In this document: one piece after another, positions 45,823 to 55,913 of the stretch
Layout of the letters: the number at the start of each line of letters is the position of its first letter
Numbering within the stretch: the stretch's first letter is position 1
The notes under the pieces: generated by a model
What the model was told of the DNA's origin: nothing
Databases searched by the model: none
Seen by the model: the letters and a program-made list of their open reading frames with translations, nothing else
Position numbers and translations under genes: made by a program
NCBI GenBank assembly: GCA_963822965.1
Contig: CAWGJT010000005.1
Location: 1,024,001 to 1,088,000 of the forward strand
DNA: 64,000 nucleotides
Origin: an uncultured delta proteobacterium
GTDB lineage: Bacteria > Myxococcota_A > UBA9160 > UBA4427
Reading direction: 5' to 3'

Positions 45823-47814
45823 TCAGGGAAGCCGGAAGGCCACGAGGGCGTCTCCCAGGTGCGTGCCCGCCCGCGAGTGGCCACCCGCGGCCACCACCAC
45901 GTACTGGGCGCCGCCCTTGCGCGCGCGGTACGTCATCGGCGTGGCCTGACCGCCGGCGGGCAGCCTTCCGCGCCACAGCTCCTCGCCGCTCCGCACGTCG
46001 AAGGCGCGCAGGTAGTCGTCCATCGTGGCGGCGAAGAAGACGAGACCGCCGCCCGTGACGAGGGGGCCGCCGAGGGAGGGAACCCCCGGCTCCCACGGCA
46101 GGGGAACAGGCGCGATATCGCGCACGGATCCCGGCGTCACCTGCCAGGCGATGTCGCCGGTCTCGAGATCGATGGCCGTCAGGTGGCCCCAGGGCGGGGG
46201 CGAGCAGGGAAGTCCCAGGGGCGACAGGAGCGCCTCGCGCCGCAGCCCGTAGGGGGTGCCCCGCTGCGGCGCGATCTCGACGCCCGGGCTCGCGGCGCGG
46301 CGCGCCTCGTACTCCTCGGCCGGAAAGAGCGTCACGACGAACGGGATGTTGGAGGTGTTCACCACCAGCAGCTGCCGCTCGGGATCCACCGCGAGCCCGC
46401 CCCAGTTGGTGCCGCCGGCGTTGCCCGGATAGGCGATGGTGCCCTGCAGGCTCGGCGGCGTGAAGATGCCCTCGAAGCGGAGGGCCTCGACGCGCCGGCG
46501 GCACCAGCCGCGGTCCCAGAACGTGAGCCCCCACGCGTCGTCGGGCGTGAGCGTGCGACCGCCCAGGGGCGGGGGCTTCACCGGGAAGGGCTGGGTGGGC
46601 GAGAGCACCTCCCCCGGCACCCCGCCCTGGGGTACCGGCCGCTCCTCGACGGGGAAGAGCGGCAGGCCCGTGTCCCGGTCGAGGACGAAGACGTGGCCCA
46701 TCTTGGTCGGCTGCAGCACCGCATCCACGTCGCCGTCCGGTCGGTGCAGGGTGGCGAGGGTCGGCTGCGCGGGAACGTCGTAGTCCCACAGGTCGTGGTG
46801 CACCGTCTGGTAGTGCCAGGCGACGGTGCCGGTCTCGCCGCGCAGCGCCACGACCGAGCTCGCGTAGTAGTCGACGCCGTCGCGGAGGCCACCGTAGTAG
46901 TCGGGCGCCGTATTGCCCGTGGGCGCGAAGACGAGATCCCGGGCCTCGTCCACCGACATGGGCGCCCAGACGTTGGCGGTCCCGAGCGCCCAGGCGACGC
47001 CCTGGCGCCGATCCATCTCCCGCGGCGCGAAGCCCGGCGGGAGGGGATTCCAGGCCCACAGCAGCACACCCGTGCGCGCGTCGTAGGCGCGGACGACCCC
47101 GCTCGGGGCGTCCACCCGCCCGTTGTCGGAGACCGCCGAGCCCACGATCACCCGGCCGTGGAGGATCGCCGGCGGCGAGGTCATCTGGTACTCGCCCTTC
47201 CAGCGCCGCTCGCCCACCCCCAGCGTGAGATCGACCTCGCCGGGTGTTCCCTCGTGCGCGCCGAAGTCCGGGCAGCGCGCGCCGGTGCGCGCGTCCAGGG
47301 CGATCAAGCGCGCGTCGGCGGTGCTGGTGAAGATGCGGTGCGCGCAGACCGCGTCCGCGGCGCGTGCGGGGTCGCGCCAGCTCGAGACGCCCCGGCAGAC
47401 GAGCTGGTTCGCATAGCGGCCGCCGAGATCGATCTCGGGATCGAAGACCCAGCGCTCTTCTCCGGTCTCCGGATCGAGGGCGAACACCCGGTTGAAGGGC
47501 GTGCAGCCGAAGAGGGTGCCGTCCACCAGGATCGGCGTCAGCTCGTAGGCGCTCTCTCCGTGCTCGAGGCGGTCGTCCGCCACGTCCCCCGAGTGGTGGA
47601 CCCAGGCCACCTCGAGCGAGGCGACGTTGGCCGGGGTCACGTCGGCCAGGGGCGAGTAGCGCAGCCCGCCCCGATCGCCCCCGTAGTCGACCCAGTCGGC
47701 CGCCGCCGCATCCGCGGCGGGCTCGTAGTGCCGCGCCTGACAGGCGAGGAGCAGCAGCGCGGCGAGCAGGCAGCCCAGCGAGCGCAGGCCCGCACCGGAT
47801 GCGGGCGGGATCAT
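45823..47814 (-). CDS. PQQ-dependent dehydrogenase (glucose/quinate DH family), probably lipoprotein-anchored
   Basis: LLLLA-C lipobox; YGGD..GLRYSPL, CRGVS, HHDLWDYD, GGTNWGG, PPWG, GGQATPMTY; lacks the five N-terminal TM helices of membrane-bound GDH. Confidence 0.9.
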   Translation of the reverse strand: MIPPASGAGLRSLGCLLAALLLLACQARHYEPAADAAAADWVDYGGDRGGLRYSPLADVTPANVASLEVAWVHHSGDVADDRLEHGESAYELTPILVDGTLFGCTPFNRVFALDPETGEERWVFDPEIDLGGRYANQLVCRGVSSWRDPARAADAVCAHRIFTSTADARLIALDARTGARCPDFGAHEGTPGEVDLTLGVGERRWKGEYQMTSPPAILHGRVIVGSAVSDNGRVDAPSGVVRAYDARTGVLLWAWNPLPPGFAPREMDRRQGVAWALGTANVWAPMSVDEARDLVFAPTGNTAPDYYGGLRDGVDYYASSVVALRGETGTVAWHYQTVHHDLWDYDVPAQPTLATLHRPDGDVDAVLQPTKMGHVFVLDRDTGLPLFPVEERPVPQGGVPGEVLSPTQPFPVKPPPLGGRTLTPDDAWGLTFWDRGWCRRRVEALRFEGIFTPPSLQGTIAYPGNAGGTNWGGLAVDPERQLLVVNTSNIPFVVTLFPAEEYEARRAASPGVEIAPQRGTPYGLRREALLSPLGLPCSPPPWGHLTAIDLETGDIAWQVTPGSVRDIAPVPLPWEPGVPSLGGPLVTGGGLVFFAATMDDYLRAFDVRSGEELWRGRLPAGGQATPMTYRARKGGAQYVVVAAGGHSRAGTHLGDALVAFRLP

Positions 47815-48299
47815 CGGGTCGTCCCGGAACTCATCCCCTCGACGTCCATCGTCAGGTGCTGGCTCAGGTCGCCGAACTGGTCGAGGACCATCTGGCGCGA
47901 CGCGAAGCGCCAACGACCGTCGACGCGCTGGAAGCGGTCCCGGTAGCGGCCCGTGATGATGATCTGCAGGGGCAGCTTCGGCGTCTGCTGCATCACCGTG
48001 AAGTAGCTGCGGCAGGTGGCCTGGCCCGCGGCTTCGTCCACCTCGACGATGGGGTTCGTGACCACGTGCTTGGTCTTGGGGGTGCCGTCGTCCTCGTAGC
48101 GGCGGGTCGTGGTCTCGTAGAGACGCTGCACGGCTTCGCGTCCGCGCGTGGTGGCGTCCGTTCCCAGGACGCTGATCTCCGCGTCGGCGAACAGGTCGGC
48201 CACGCCCGCGAAGTCGCCCGCGTCGATGCGCTCGGCATAGCGGTAGAGAAGATTCTCGATCTCGCCCCGTGCGTTCGCAGCCGTCGTCCCGCCCACCAC
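47811..48299 (-). CDS. SnoaL/NTF2-like fold protein
   Basis: EIENLLYRYAERIDAGDF, TKHVVTN, GRYRDRF...WRFASR; GGGAGG RBS before GTG. Confidence 0.85.
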   Translation of the reverse strand: MVGGTTAANARGEIENLLYRYAERIDAGDFAGVADLFADAEISVLGTDATTRGREAVQRLYETTTRRYEDDGTPKTKHVVTNPIVEVDEAAGQATCRSYFTVMQQTPKLPLQIIITGRYRDRFQRVDGRWRFASRQMVLDQFGDLSQHLTMDVEGMSSGTTR

Positions 48300-48379
48300 G
48301 ACCCTCCCTGATGCGGAGCCCGCTCGCGATTCGCCGCGCTCGCGCGACCGCAGTCGGCATCCGAGAGGCGGATTCGAAA

Positions 48380-48577
48380 CTACTCGATGTCGGCTTCCTC
48401 CGCCTCCGACTCCTCCACGGGGGGGTGGCCTCGGATGCCGCTCGCCACCCAGAAGCCCAGCACCCAGGCGACCATGCAGAGGAAGATCTCGCGGGACGAG
48501 TGGGGCTGCGCGATCAACCACCAGCCGAACCCCAGGGAAGCGAGCCCCGCCAGCAGACCGAGCACACGCGGCTTCAA
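48380..48577 (-). CDS. Small two-TM membrane protein
   Basis: Two hydrophobic segments and an acidic tail; fills the gap in a co-directional gene run. Confidence 0.55.
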   Translation of the reverse strand: MKPRVLGLLAGLASLGFGWWLIAQPHSSREIFLCMVAWVLGFWVASGIRGHPPVEESEAEEADIE

Positions 48578-48605
48578 GACGGAACCCGCGACGCGGGCGC
48601 GCGCA

Positions 48606-49322
48606 TCACCGCCCGTGCCGCGCCAGCAGCACCGGCTTCAGGATGCTCGCCCACAACGCGTAGCCCTCGGTGTTGAGGTGCAGCCCGTCGAAGGAGAAGA
48701 GCTCTCCCCGCGGCGTGCCCCGCTCGCCCAGCATCGGCGTGGCGACGTCCACGTACTCCACCGCGTCCGTCGCCTCCGCAAAGGCCCGGATGCGCGCATT
48801 GGCGTCGCGCATCTCCGGCCAGCGGTCCCACCGCAGGATCGACGGCTTGATCGACAGGAAGTAGACCGGCACCTCGGGCCAGGCGCCGTGCACGATGCCC
48901 ACGAAGCGCTCGAAATCGGCCGTCACCGATTCCGGGGTCTTGCCCGTACCCTCGCTGAGATCGTTGTCCCCGGCATAGAGGACGACGGCGCTCGGCCGGT
49001 AGGGCAGCACGATGCGCGGCGCGAAGTGGTTGACGTGGTCGATGTGCGAGCCGCCGAAGCCCCGGTTCAGCACCCGCAGCGGCTGCATGTCCTCGGCGAG
49101 GCTCGACCACATCCGGATGCTCGAGCTGCCGGTGAACAGGATCATGCCCGGCTCGGGCGGGCTCGCATGGTCCTGCTCCTCGAAGTCGGCGATCGCCGAC
49201 TCCCAGAAGCTCGGCTTCTGCATGGCGTCTCGGAGCGAGCCCCAGACGCCGACCCCCACCGTCGCGAGCAGCAACACCGCTGCGACGATCCAGATCCAGG
49301 AGCGCTTCAGCCAGTCGGACAC
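48606..49322 (-). CDS. SGNH/GDSL lipase-esterase with an N-terminal anchor
   Basis: FTGSSS, NRGFGGS, YAGDND, DGLHLN blocks. Confidence 0.9.
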   Translation of the reverse strand: MSDWLKRSWIWIVAAVLLLATVGVGVWGSLRDAMQKPSFWESAIADFEEQDHASPPEPGMILFTGSSSIRMWSSLAEDMQPLRVLNRGFGGSHIDHVNHFAPRIVLPYRPSAVVLYAGDNDLSEGTGKTPESVTADFERFVGIVHGAWPEVPVYFLSIKPSILRWDRWPEMRDANARIRAFAEATDAVEYVDVATPMLGERGTPRGELFSFDGLHLNTEGYALWASILKPVLLARHGR

Positions 49323-49342
49323 GCCGGGTACTCTACCAGCCC

Positions 49343-50947
49343 ATGGCCGCCCCCAGCGATGCTTCCGCCCCCGATTTCGAGGCCCGTCCCACGGCGCTGC
49401 TCGGCGAGCGGGCGCGGCGACACCTTTCGTGGACGGCGGCCGGGCTTGCGTTCGCGACGATGGCGGGGCTCGGCGGCCTGCAGCTCGCGAAGGACGGCTC
49501 CTTCTGGATCGACGAGGCGTCGGTCGCGGCGAGCCTGACGGCCCTCACTCCTTCCCAGCTGCTGGGTCCGCTCGTCGGCGGCCAGAGCTATCCACGCTTC
49601 CAGCTGCTGGCGATCCGGGGACTGGTGGCGCTCTTCGGGTACGAGACCCTCGTGGTGCGGGCGCTCCCCTATCTCTTCTTCCTGGCCGGCAGCCTCGCGT
49701 GGCTGCGCCTGCTGCTGGCGCGCTTTCGCGACGAGCCGGCGCTGTTGGCCCTGGGCGGGCTGCTGCTGCTGATTCCCGCACCGTGGTTCGTGTACGGGGC
49801 GATGCTCAAGCCCTACACGTTCGACGTGCTGGCCGCAACGGTTCCGTTCCTGCTGCGCGATCGCTTCTACGACGAGGTTCTCGCCCGGGCGAAGCGACCG
49901 TGGCGTGGAGTCGCTCTCGCGGGCCTGGGCGCCCTCTCGTACCCGTTCGCGATGGCGCTGCTGGCGCGGGTGGGTGGCTGGTGGCTGTGGCGCGCGACCG
50001 CCGGCCACCGGCGCGTGGCGACGGCGGGCGCCCTGCCCTGCGCGCTCGCCGCGGGCGTCTTCGGCATCGGCCTGTGGTACACGGACCTGCGTCACACGAG
50101 CGACCTGGGCGGCGCGCTGCGGGCCTTCTGGAGCGCCTGTATCGTGGGCGCCGGGACGCCCCTGCCGGCCCTGCTCGATCGCTTCGCGTTCGGGTGGTGG
50201 GACGGCCGCTGCGAGTTCTCCCACCACGGGGGGCTGGCTCCGGCCCTGCTCGTGATGCTGCGCCTCGCCGGCGCGGCCGGCCTGCTGCGCGTGCTCCTCG
50301 ACCTCCGCCCCCGCGCCCGGGCCACCCGAGCCGAGAGCGCCGACGCCGCGCGGTGGGGAAGCCGCTCCCTCGCCTGCGCGCTCCTGCTGCTCGGGCTCCC
50401 CGTGGCCTCGTGGGCATTCGGCTATCCCATCTGCGCCGGACGGCTCACCCTGATTGCGCTGCTGCCGCTGCTGATCGTCCTGCTGGAAGGCTTCGACCTC
50501 GTCGGCGTGTGGCTGCGCGGGCTGCCCGACGGACGCTGGCTCGCGGCCACGGCGGGTGCCGCCGCCCTGCTCGCCGTGGCTCCGGCGAGCCTCCGGGACG
50601 CACACCGGCTGGCCGTCGCAGAGGCCCCGGGCAACCTGCGCGGGCTGCTCGCGCGCACGCGGGAGCGCCCGCAGCTGCCGATCCTCACGACCCGCTGCAC
50701 CCGCAAGCAGCTCGAGACCCTGCCCGAAGGCGTCGAGGCGACGGTCCTCTATCTCGAGCAGGGGGGAGCCGCCGTCGCAGCGGCGCGCGAGCCGCACGAG
50801 GCCTGGCTGCTCTACGCCCCGTCCTCCCTGTGCCGCGGCCAGGTGAGACGCGCTCGCCGGTCGGCGGAGACGTGGAAGGCCTTCCATACCGAGACGGACG
50901 ACGCCTGGCTCCTGTGGCTGCGCTTCTCTCGAGAGGCGGCGCCGTGA
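49343..50947 (+). CDS. Polytopic membrane protein, GT-C (GT39-like) glycosyltransferase
   Basis: SFWIDE after TM1, LKPY motif, many TM helices. Confidence 0.6.
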   Translation: MAAPSDASAPDFEARPTALLGERARRHLSWTAAGLAFATMAGLGGLQLAKDGSFWIDEASVAASLTALTPSQLLGPLVGGQSYPRFQLLAIRGLVALFGYETLVVRALPYLFFLAGSLAWLRLLLARFRDEPALLALGGLLLLIPAPWFVYGAMLKPYTFDVLAATVPFLLRDRFYDEVLARAKRPWRGVALAGLGALSYPFAMALLARVGGWWLWRATAGHRRVATAGALPCALAAGVFGIGLWYTDLRHTSDLGGALRAFWSACIVGAGTPLPALLDRFAFGWWDGRCEFSHHGGLAPALLVMLRLAGAAGLLRVLLDLRPRARATRAESADAARWGSRSLACALLLLGLPVASWAFGYPICAGRLTLIALLPLLIVLLEGFDLVGVWLRGLPDGRWLAATAGAAALLAVAPASLRDAHRLAVAEAPGNLRGLLARTRERPQLPILTTRCTRKQLETLPEGVEATVLYLEQGGAAVAAAREPHEAWLLYAPSSLCRGQVRRARRSAETWKAFHTETDDAWLLWLRFSREAAP

Positions 50948-50968
50948 CCCCCCGATGCGGCCGTCCTT

Positions 50969-50988
50969 CCCACCCGGGCCCGGGTGGG
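50969..50988. terminator. GC palindrome between convergent genes (possible bidirectional terminator)
   Basis: CCCACCCGGGCCCGGGTGGG is a perfect inverted repeat in the 43-bp gap; no U-tract. Confidence 0.4.
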
Positions 50989-50990
50989 GC

Positions 50991-51329
50991 TCAGTGGGCG
51001 AGCCGCTCCCGGGCCGCGTAGCGCCCGCCGGGACGCGCCTCGAAGAGGTTCTCGATCAGCGGATGCCGGCAGGGCTTGCCGCTGTCGTCGGGCACCAGGT
51101 TCTGCTCCGACACGTAAGCCTCGTAGGTGGTCTCCGCGTTCTCCGCCAGCAGGTGGTAGTAGGGCTGGTCCCGTGCCGGACGCACCTCGGCGGGAATCGC
51201 CTGGTACCACTCCTCGGTGTTGCTGAACGTCGGGTCGACGTCGTAGATCACGCCCCGAAACGGGTGGAAGCGGTGGCGGACCACGTCTCCGATCGAGAAC
51301 TTCGCCTGCCTCACCGTGTCCGCGCCCAA
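50991..51329 (-). CDS. hspQ: Heat shock protein HspQ (YccV-like)
   Basis: AKFSIGDVVRHRFHPFRGVIYDVDPTF, DQPYYHLLAE, YVSEQNL. Start is 51329 (TTG) or 51314 (GTG). Confidence 0.88.
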   Translation of the reverse strand: MGADTVRQAKFSIGDVVRHRFHPFRGVIYDVDPTFSNTEEWYQAIPAEVRPARDQPYYHLLAENAETTYEAYVSEQNLVPDDSGKPCRHPLIENLFEARPGGRYAARERLAH

Positions 51330-51372
51330 TGTCGCTCGCCTCTCTTCGGGTCTCACGTCGTGGGGGTCGTGT

Positions 51373-51804
51373 TCAGGCGTCGAAGCGGGCGGCGAGATCG
51401 GCTCGCAGCTTCGCGAGGACGCCCTCGGGCACTTCCTGGCTGCGCGTGATCTGCGGCGGACCCGGCCAGTCGGCGTCCGCGAAGGCGACCCCCTCGTAGG
51501 TGCGCTCGCTCGCATAGCGGGGCAGCACGTGGAAGTGCACGTCCGGGTCCACCATCATGAGCATCAGGTAGTTGATCTTGTCGTTCTGGAAGGCGTCTGC
51601 GAGCACGCTCTCGATCCGCGCCACCACGCGGTGCAGCTCCGCCGACGCGGCCGGACCGATCTGGCCGAAGCGCGAGGCGTCCTCCTTGCAGACGAGCACG
51701 AGGCTCCCGAGGGTCACCTGGGCGGGCCGCAGCAGCACCATCCAGTGGTCGTAGTCGGCGAGCAGGCTGCCGGGATGGCCGAACTTCTTCGCTGTGGCGT
51801 TCAC
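51373..51804 (-). CDS. HIT-family nucleotide hydrolase
   Basis: KINYLMLMMVDPDVHFHVLPRY (variant histidine triad). Confidence 0.85.
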   Translation of the reverse strand: MNATAKKFGHPGSLLADYDHWMVLLRPAQVTLGSLVLVCKEDASRFGQIGPAASAELHRVVARIESVLADAFQNDKINYLMLMMVDPDVHFHVLPRYASERTYEGVAFADADWPGPPQITRSQEVPEGVLAKLRADLAARFDA

Positions 51805-51928
51805 CTTCTGCGCTCCATTCGTCTCTCCCCTGGTCCCTTCCTCTCTCGCCTCGGGTCGAGCGTCCGTCCCGCGTCGAGCTTATCACCCGCGAGGACGAGG
51901 CGGACCCGGGCGCGACGCCCGCGACGGC

Positions 51929-53968
51929 TCACTCGCTCCGCAGACCCTCGACCGGATCGAAGCGGGCACCCTGGCGGGCCGGCACCAGGGTGGCACCCAG
52001 GGACAGCACCATCGCCATCGCGACGATCCCGAGCAGCTGCACGGGGTCGTGGTCCGCGGGCAGGGTCGAGAGCTGGTAGATGCTCGCCGGCAGGGTGTCC
52101 ACGCCGGTGATCGCCTCGATGGTGTTCTGGATCCAGTCGAGCCGCGCCGTCACGGCCAGCCCCGCGAGCACCCCCAGCGTGGTGCCCGCCAACCCGATCA
52201 GCGCCCCCTCGATCGCGAACACCCGCTCGATGGCCGCGTCCTCGGCTCCCATCGCCTTCAGGATCGCGATGTCCGAGGACTTCTCCATGATCATCATCAT
52301 CAAGGTCGCGACGATCATGAAGGCCGCGACCACCATGATCATGCCCAGCAGCAGGATCATCATCGAGCGGTTGTCCCGCAGGGCCGCGAAGAAGACCGGG
52401 AAGTGGTCCTTCCAGTCGCGGGTATAGTAGGGCGAGAGCAGCTTCGCACGCACCGCCTCGGCCACGCGGCGCGACGTGTACAGGTCCGGTGTGCGGGCTT
52501 CGATGCCGTCGATGACGTCGCCGCTGCGGCTGAAGTCCTGGGCGTCCGCGAGATTCACGTAGGTGTAGACCTCGCCGAACTGGTGGAGCCGCGAGCGATA
52601 GATTCCGGCGACCCGGAACTTCTTGAGCCGTGGCGCGGGGCCGAGGGGTGTCGGCGGACCGCCGAGGGGCGCGATCAGCACGAGGTCCGCGCCGACGTCC
52701 ACGCCGAGCTTCTCGGCCAGGGGCTCGCCGATGATGATGGCCGACGTCCGGCGCGTGCCGTCCTCCTGGGGCGTGTGCCGCAGCAGGGCCAGGGAGCCGC
52801 TCAGGATGCGGCTGCTCACGTCCGTCACCGTGTCGGCCGTCTCGGGATCGATGCCCCGCAGCCGGATGCCGTAGAGGTTGCCGGACGAGCTCCGCACCAT
52901 GCCCTCGGCGTCGAGGTACGGCGTCGCGGCCACCACGTCGGGCACGTTGCGCACGATCTCCAGGACGCCGGGGTAGTCCTCGATCCGGCCGAGCCCGCTG
53001 TGCACGGTGAAGTGCGCGAGATCGCCCACGATCTGCTCGCGCCAGGCCCGCTCGAAGCCGTTCATCACCGAGAGCACCGTGACGATCAGCCAGACTCCCG
53101 CGGCGATCCCACCGATGCACAGGAGCGTGATGGCGGAGATGTAGACCTGTCGGCGCTGGGCGACGAGATAGCGGATCGCCAGGAACCACTCGGCGGATCG
53201 GCGCATCTCGACGAGTCCGGCCGCCGCCAGGGGCAACAGGCCGAGGACGACCAGGAGCCAGACGAGCTGCAGCAGGGCGCCGCCCACCGCGGCGACCTCG
53301 GGGCTGGGCTCGGGCAGGGCGATGGCGAGCACCGGGCCGATGCACAGGACGGCTCCCAGCAGGGCCAGCGAGGCCTCGCCGCTGCCGCGCCCGCGGCGCG
53401 CGCCCCGGCGCCACCGGCGTCGCACCCAGAGCACCGCCCAGCAGCCGATCACCCCGCCCGCGGGAGCGATCGCGAGCATCGGGCGGCCCGTCGATCCGAT
53501 CATCAGCGCCGACGCGGTTCCGACGACGCAGAGGGTGAGCTTCCCGAGACGTGCGGAGGAGAGGCCGCGCAATCCCAGCCAGCACAGCCCGATGGAGACC
53601 GCGGTGAGCGCCAGGGTGCCCGCGACGACCAGGGCCAGGAAGCCGACCTGCCCCTCGTCGCCGCCGGGAAGCCCGTAGTCCGACCCCAGGGTGACCCCGA
53701 GCCAGGCCATGCCGAATGCGACGGCCAGGCCGAAGAAGACCACCCAGCCGGGCCGGTCGACGGTGCGCGCGAATCGCTCCAGCACGACCACCGCCGAGCT
53801 CACGTAGAAGAGGGCGAGACCGAAGAGCGCGAGCGCGATCATCACGATCACGGTCAGGGTGAGGGTCGTGCCGACCCCCAGCAGCACCTCCCAGACGAAT
53901 CTCGCGATCTCCACGGGGCTGGCTGGCTCCTTCCGGGTGCTTCGGGCTCGACCGCGACGGCGGGGCAT
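51929..53968 (-). CDS. LolC/E-family (FtsX/MacB-like) ABC permease with a long N-terminal multi-TM extension
   Basis: EWFLAIRYL...GIAAGVWLIVTVLSVMNGF, EKSSDIAILKAMGA, IYQLSTLP, PARQGARFDPVEGLR; the preceding ~250 aa are hydrophobic. Start is uncertain. Confidence 0.85.
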   Translation of the reverse strand: MPRRRGRARSTRKEPASPVEIARFVWEVLLGVGTTLTLTVIVMIALALFGLALFYVSSAVVVLERFARTVDRPGWVVFFGLAVAFGMAWLGVTLGSDYGLPGGDEGQVGFLALVVAGTLALTAVSIGLCWLGLRGLSSARLGKLTLCVVGTASALMIGSTGRPMLAIAPAGGVIGCWAVLWVRRRWRRGARRGRGSGEASLALLGAVLCIGPVLAIALPEPSPEVAAVGGALLQLVWLLVVLGLLPLAAAGLVEMRRSAEWFLAIRYLVAQRRQVYISAITLLCIGGIAAGVWLIVTVLSVMNGFERAWREQIVGDLAHFTVHSGLGRIEDYPGVLEIVRNVPDVVAATPYLDAEGMVRSSSGNLYGIRLRGIDPETADTVTDVSSRILSGSLALLRHTPQEDGTRRTSAIIIGEPLAEKLGVDVGADLVLIAPLGGPPTPLGPAPRLKKFRVAGIYRSRLHQFGEVYTYVNLADAQDFSRSGDVIDGIEARTPDLYTSRRVAEAVRAKLLSPYYTRDWKDHFPVFFAALRDNRSMMILLLGMIMVVAAFMIVATLMMMIMEKSSDIAILKAMGAEDAAIERVFAIEGALIGLAGTTLGVLAGLAVTARLDWIQNTIEAITGVDTLPASIYQLSTLPADHDPVQLLGIVAMAMVLSLGATLVPARQGARFDPVEGLRSE

Positions 53969-54157
53969 GATTCCGACCCCGACACCGCCATCGACGTGCC
54001 GGCCGGTCTTCCCGCCGACCCTCCTGGGGCGCGGGCTTGCGGGACGGTACTCGAAGACGACGCGATGCCGACCCCCGGCCCGGCGGGGCGGCTGGTGGCG
54101 AACGCTCGCCCGCGGGATCGGCGTCTCCCGGCCGGCGACGCGGCCCGCTCCGCGGGC

Positions 54158-55822
54158 TCACCCGGCGGGCCGGCGCGCGACCGCGAGACGCACCCGGTGC
54201 AGGGATCCGTCCCGCCCCTTCGCGTGCAGCACGAGCGAGCCGCCCTGGGCCGGGATGCGGCTCGCGTCGAAGGCGGCGTGGAGGAAGTAGTCTCCCCATC
54301 GCTCGCTCTCCAGGGGCTCGTCCCCGAGGCGGAGCTCCACCGACGCGAAGGGTCCGGACACGTCGGCCGCCACCGCCACCACGTCGACCCGACCCGCCAG
54401 GGCCTCCGGCTCCGAGGCGTGGGTGCTGGCGGGATGGATGGGTCCGGCACCCCGCGGATCGACGAAGCCCAGCAGCGGCTCGCCCGTCGGCTTCCAGGCC
54501 GAATAGAGGAGACCGTCCCGGGCATAGAAGAGGCGGTAGCCGCGAGAATCGAAGCCGGGCGGAAGCACCCAGCGGAACCCGGAGAGCGCCCCGGTGGTGA
54601 TGTGGGTGACCCCGCCGCCCGGCAACGCGTCCTGGTAGCCGTTGCGGTGCATGTGACCCGCCAGCGCGTACGCGACGCCGTACTTCGCGAAGAGCCCCTC
54701 GTCGTCGGCCGGCTCGTAGTCGTCGTAGTCCCAGACGGGGTCGTTGTGGAAGGGCTCGTGGTTCAGCACCACGATCCGGAGGCCTCGGGAGCTCGCTGCG
54801 GCCAGGTCGGCCTCGAGCCAGTCGCGCACCTCGGGCTCCATCTGCGAGAAGCTCCAGTCGCCCCTCTCTCCCGGCTCGGCCTCGGGCCGGTGCGTGTCCA
54901 GCGCGACGAAGTGGAAGGGGCCCCGATCGAAGCTGTAGTGGGTGGGGCCGAAGTAGCGGCGGAAGAGCTCCTTGCCGTAGCGCGGGTCCGTGAGCGGAAA
55001 GTCGTCGTTGTCGGTCCCGGCCAGCTCGTTGTTGCCGATCGTCTCGTAGACGTCGAGCCCCGCGTCGGCAACGAGGCCCTGGTAGTAGCGGAACCACGAC
55101 TCCACGGGCTCCGGGTCGCCGTCGTTGCCCTCGAGGATCATGTCGCCCGTGCTCACGACGAAGCGCGGCGAGAGCGCCGCCACCTCCGCGAGCGCCCGGG
55201 GGATCTCCTGGCCGGGCACGATGATCCCCGTCGCCGGGTCCGTCGCCATGTCGAGGTAGTCCATCATGATCTCGGAGTCCCAGGCCTCCGACACGTCCCG
55301 GGATCGGGACACCACCTCGCGCAGGGCAGATACGAGCTCTTCGTGCGACTGCGTGGGATACATCCGCCCGATCCAGCGCAGCAGGAGCCAGCCCGCCACC
55401 GGCCGCGGCAGCCACGACGGCAGCGCCTCGTGCATCAGCGCGGCGAAGTCCTCGACCCGGGGGTACGCGTGCACGTCGCTGATCTGCACGAAGAAGAAGT
55501 CGCCCTCGACGGGCCGCGGCACCAGCCCGAAGTCCGCGTCTCCTTCGCCCCGGTGGAACCACACGGGACAGCGGGCGTCGGCGGGACAGCTCACCGCCAC
55601 GAAGCCCGCCCCCTGGTCGGGCAGCGCGTAGCGCCCGTCGGCGCCGCTTGCGACGACCGCGCGCCCGTTGCTCAGGACGACCCCCGACCGCACGGGCTCG
55701 CCGGGGTCGTGGACGCCGTCGGCGTCGAGATCGACGAAGACGAGGCCAGCGTGCTCGGCCGACGCCGGTCGCGCGACCGACGACAGGAGCAGGATGACCA
55801 GCAGGAAGACGGCTCGAATCAT
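54158..55822 (-). CDS. Secreted calcineurin-like metallophosphoesterase
   Basis: Signal peptide; VFVDLDADGVHDPGE N-domain; SDVH, TGD, GNNE, NHEP and GHMH metal motifs. Confidence 0.88.
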   Translation of the reverse strand: MIRAVFLLVILLLSSVARPASAEHAGLVFVDLDADGVHDPGEPVRSGVVLSNGRAVVASGADGRYALPDQGAGFVAVSCPADARCPVWFHRGEGDADFGLVPRPVEGDFFFVQISDVHAYPRVEDFAALMHEALPSWLPRPVAGWLLLRWIGRMYPTQSHEELVSALREVVSRSRDVSEAWDSEIMMDYLDMATDPATGIIVPGQEIPRALAEVAALSPRFVVSTGDMILEGNDGDPEPVESWFRYYQGLVADAGLDVYETIGNNELAGTDNDDFPLTDPRYGKELFRRYFGPTHYSFDRGPFHFVALDTHRPEAEPGERGDWSFSQMEPEVRDWLEADLAAASSRGLRIVVLNHEPFHNDPVWDYDDYEPADDEGLFAKYGVAYALAGHMHRNGYQDALPGGGVTHITTGALSGFRWVLPPGFDSRGYRLFYARDGLLYSAWKPTGEPLLGFVDPRGAGPIHPASTHASEPEALAGRVDVVAVAADVSGPFASVELRLGDEPLESERWGDYFLHAAFDASRIPAQGGSLVLHAKGRDGSLHRVRLAVARRPAG

Positions 55823-55913
55823 GCAGCTCCCGGGCTCACGGCGATGCCGCCGATACTACAACGGCCGGCATCCCCGGACGATCGTCCGCAGGGGCCTGCT
55901 GTAATCTCGGCCG

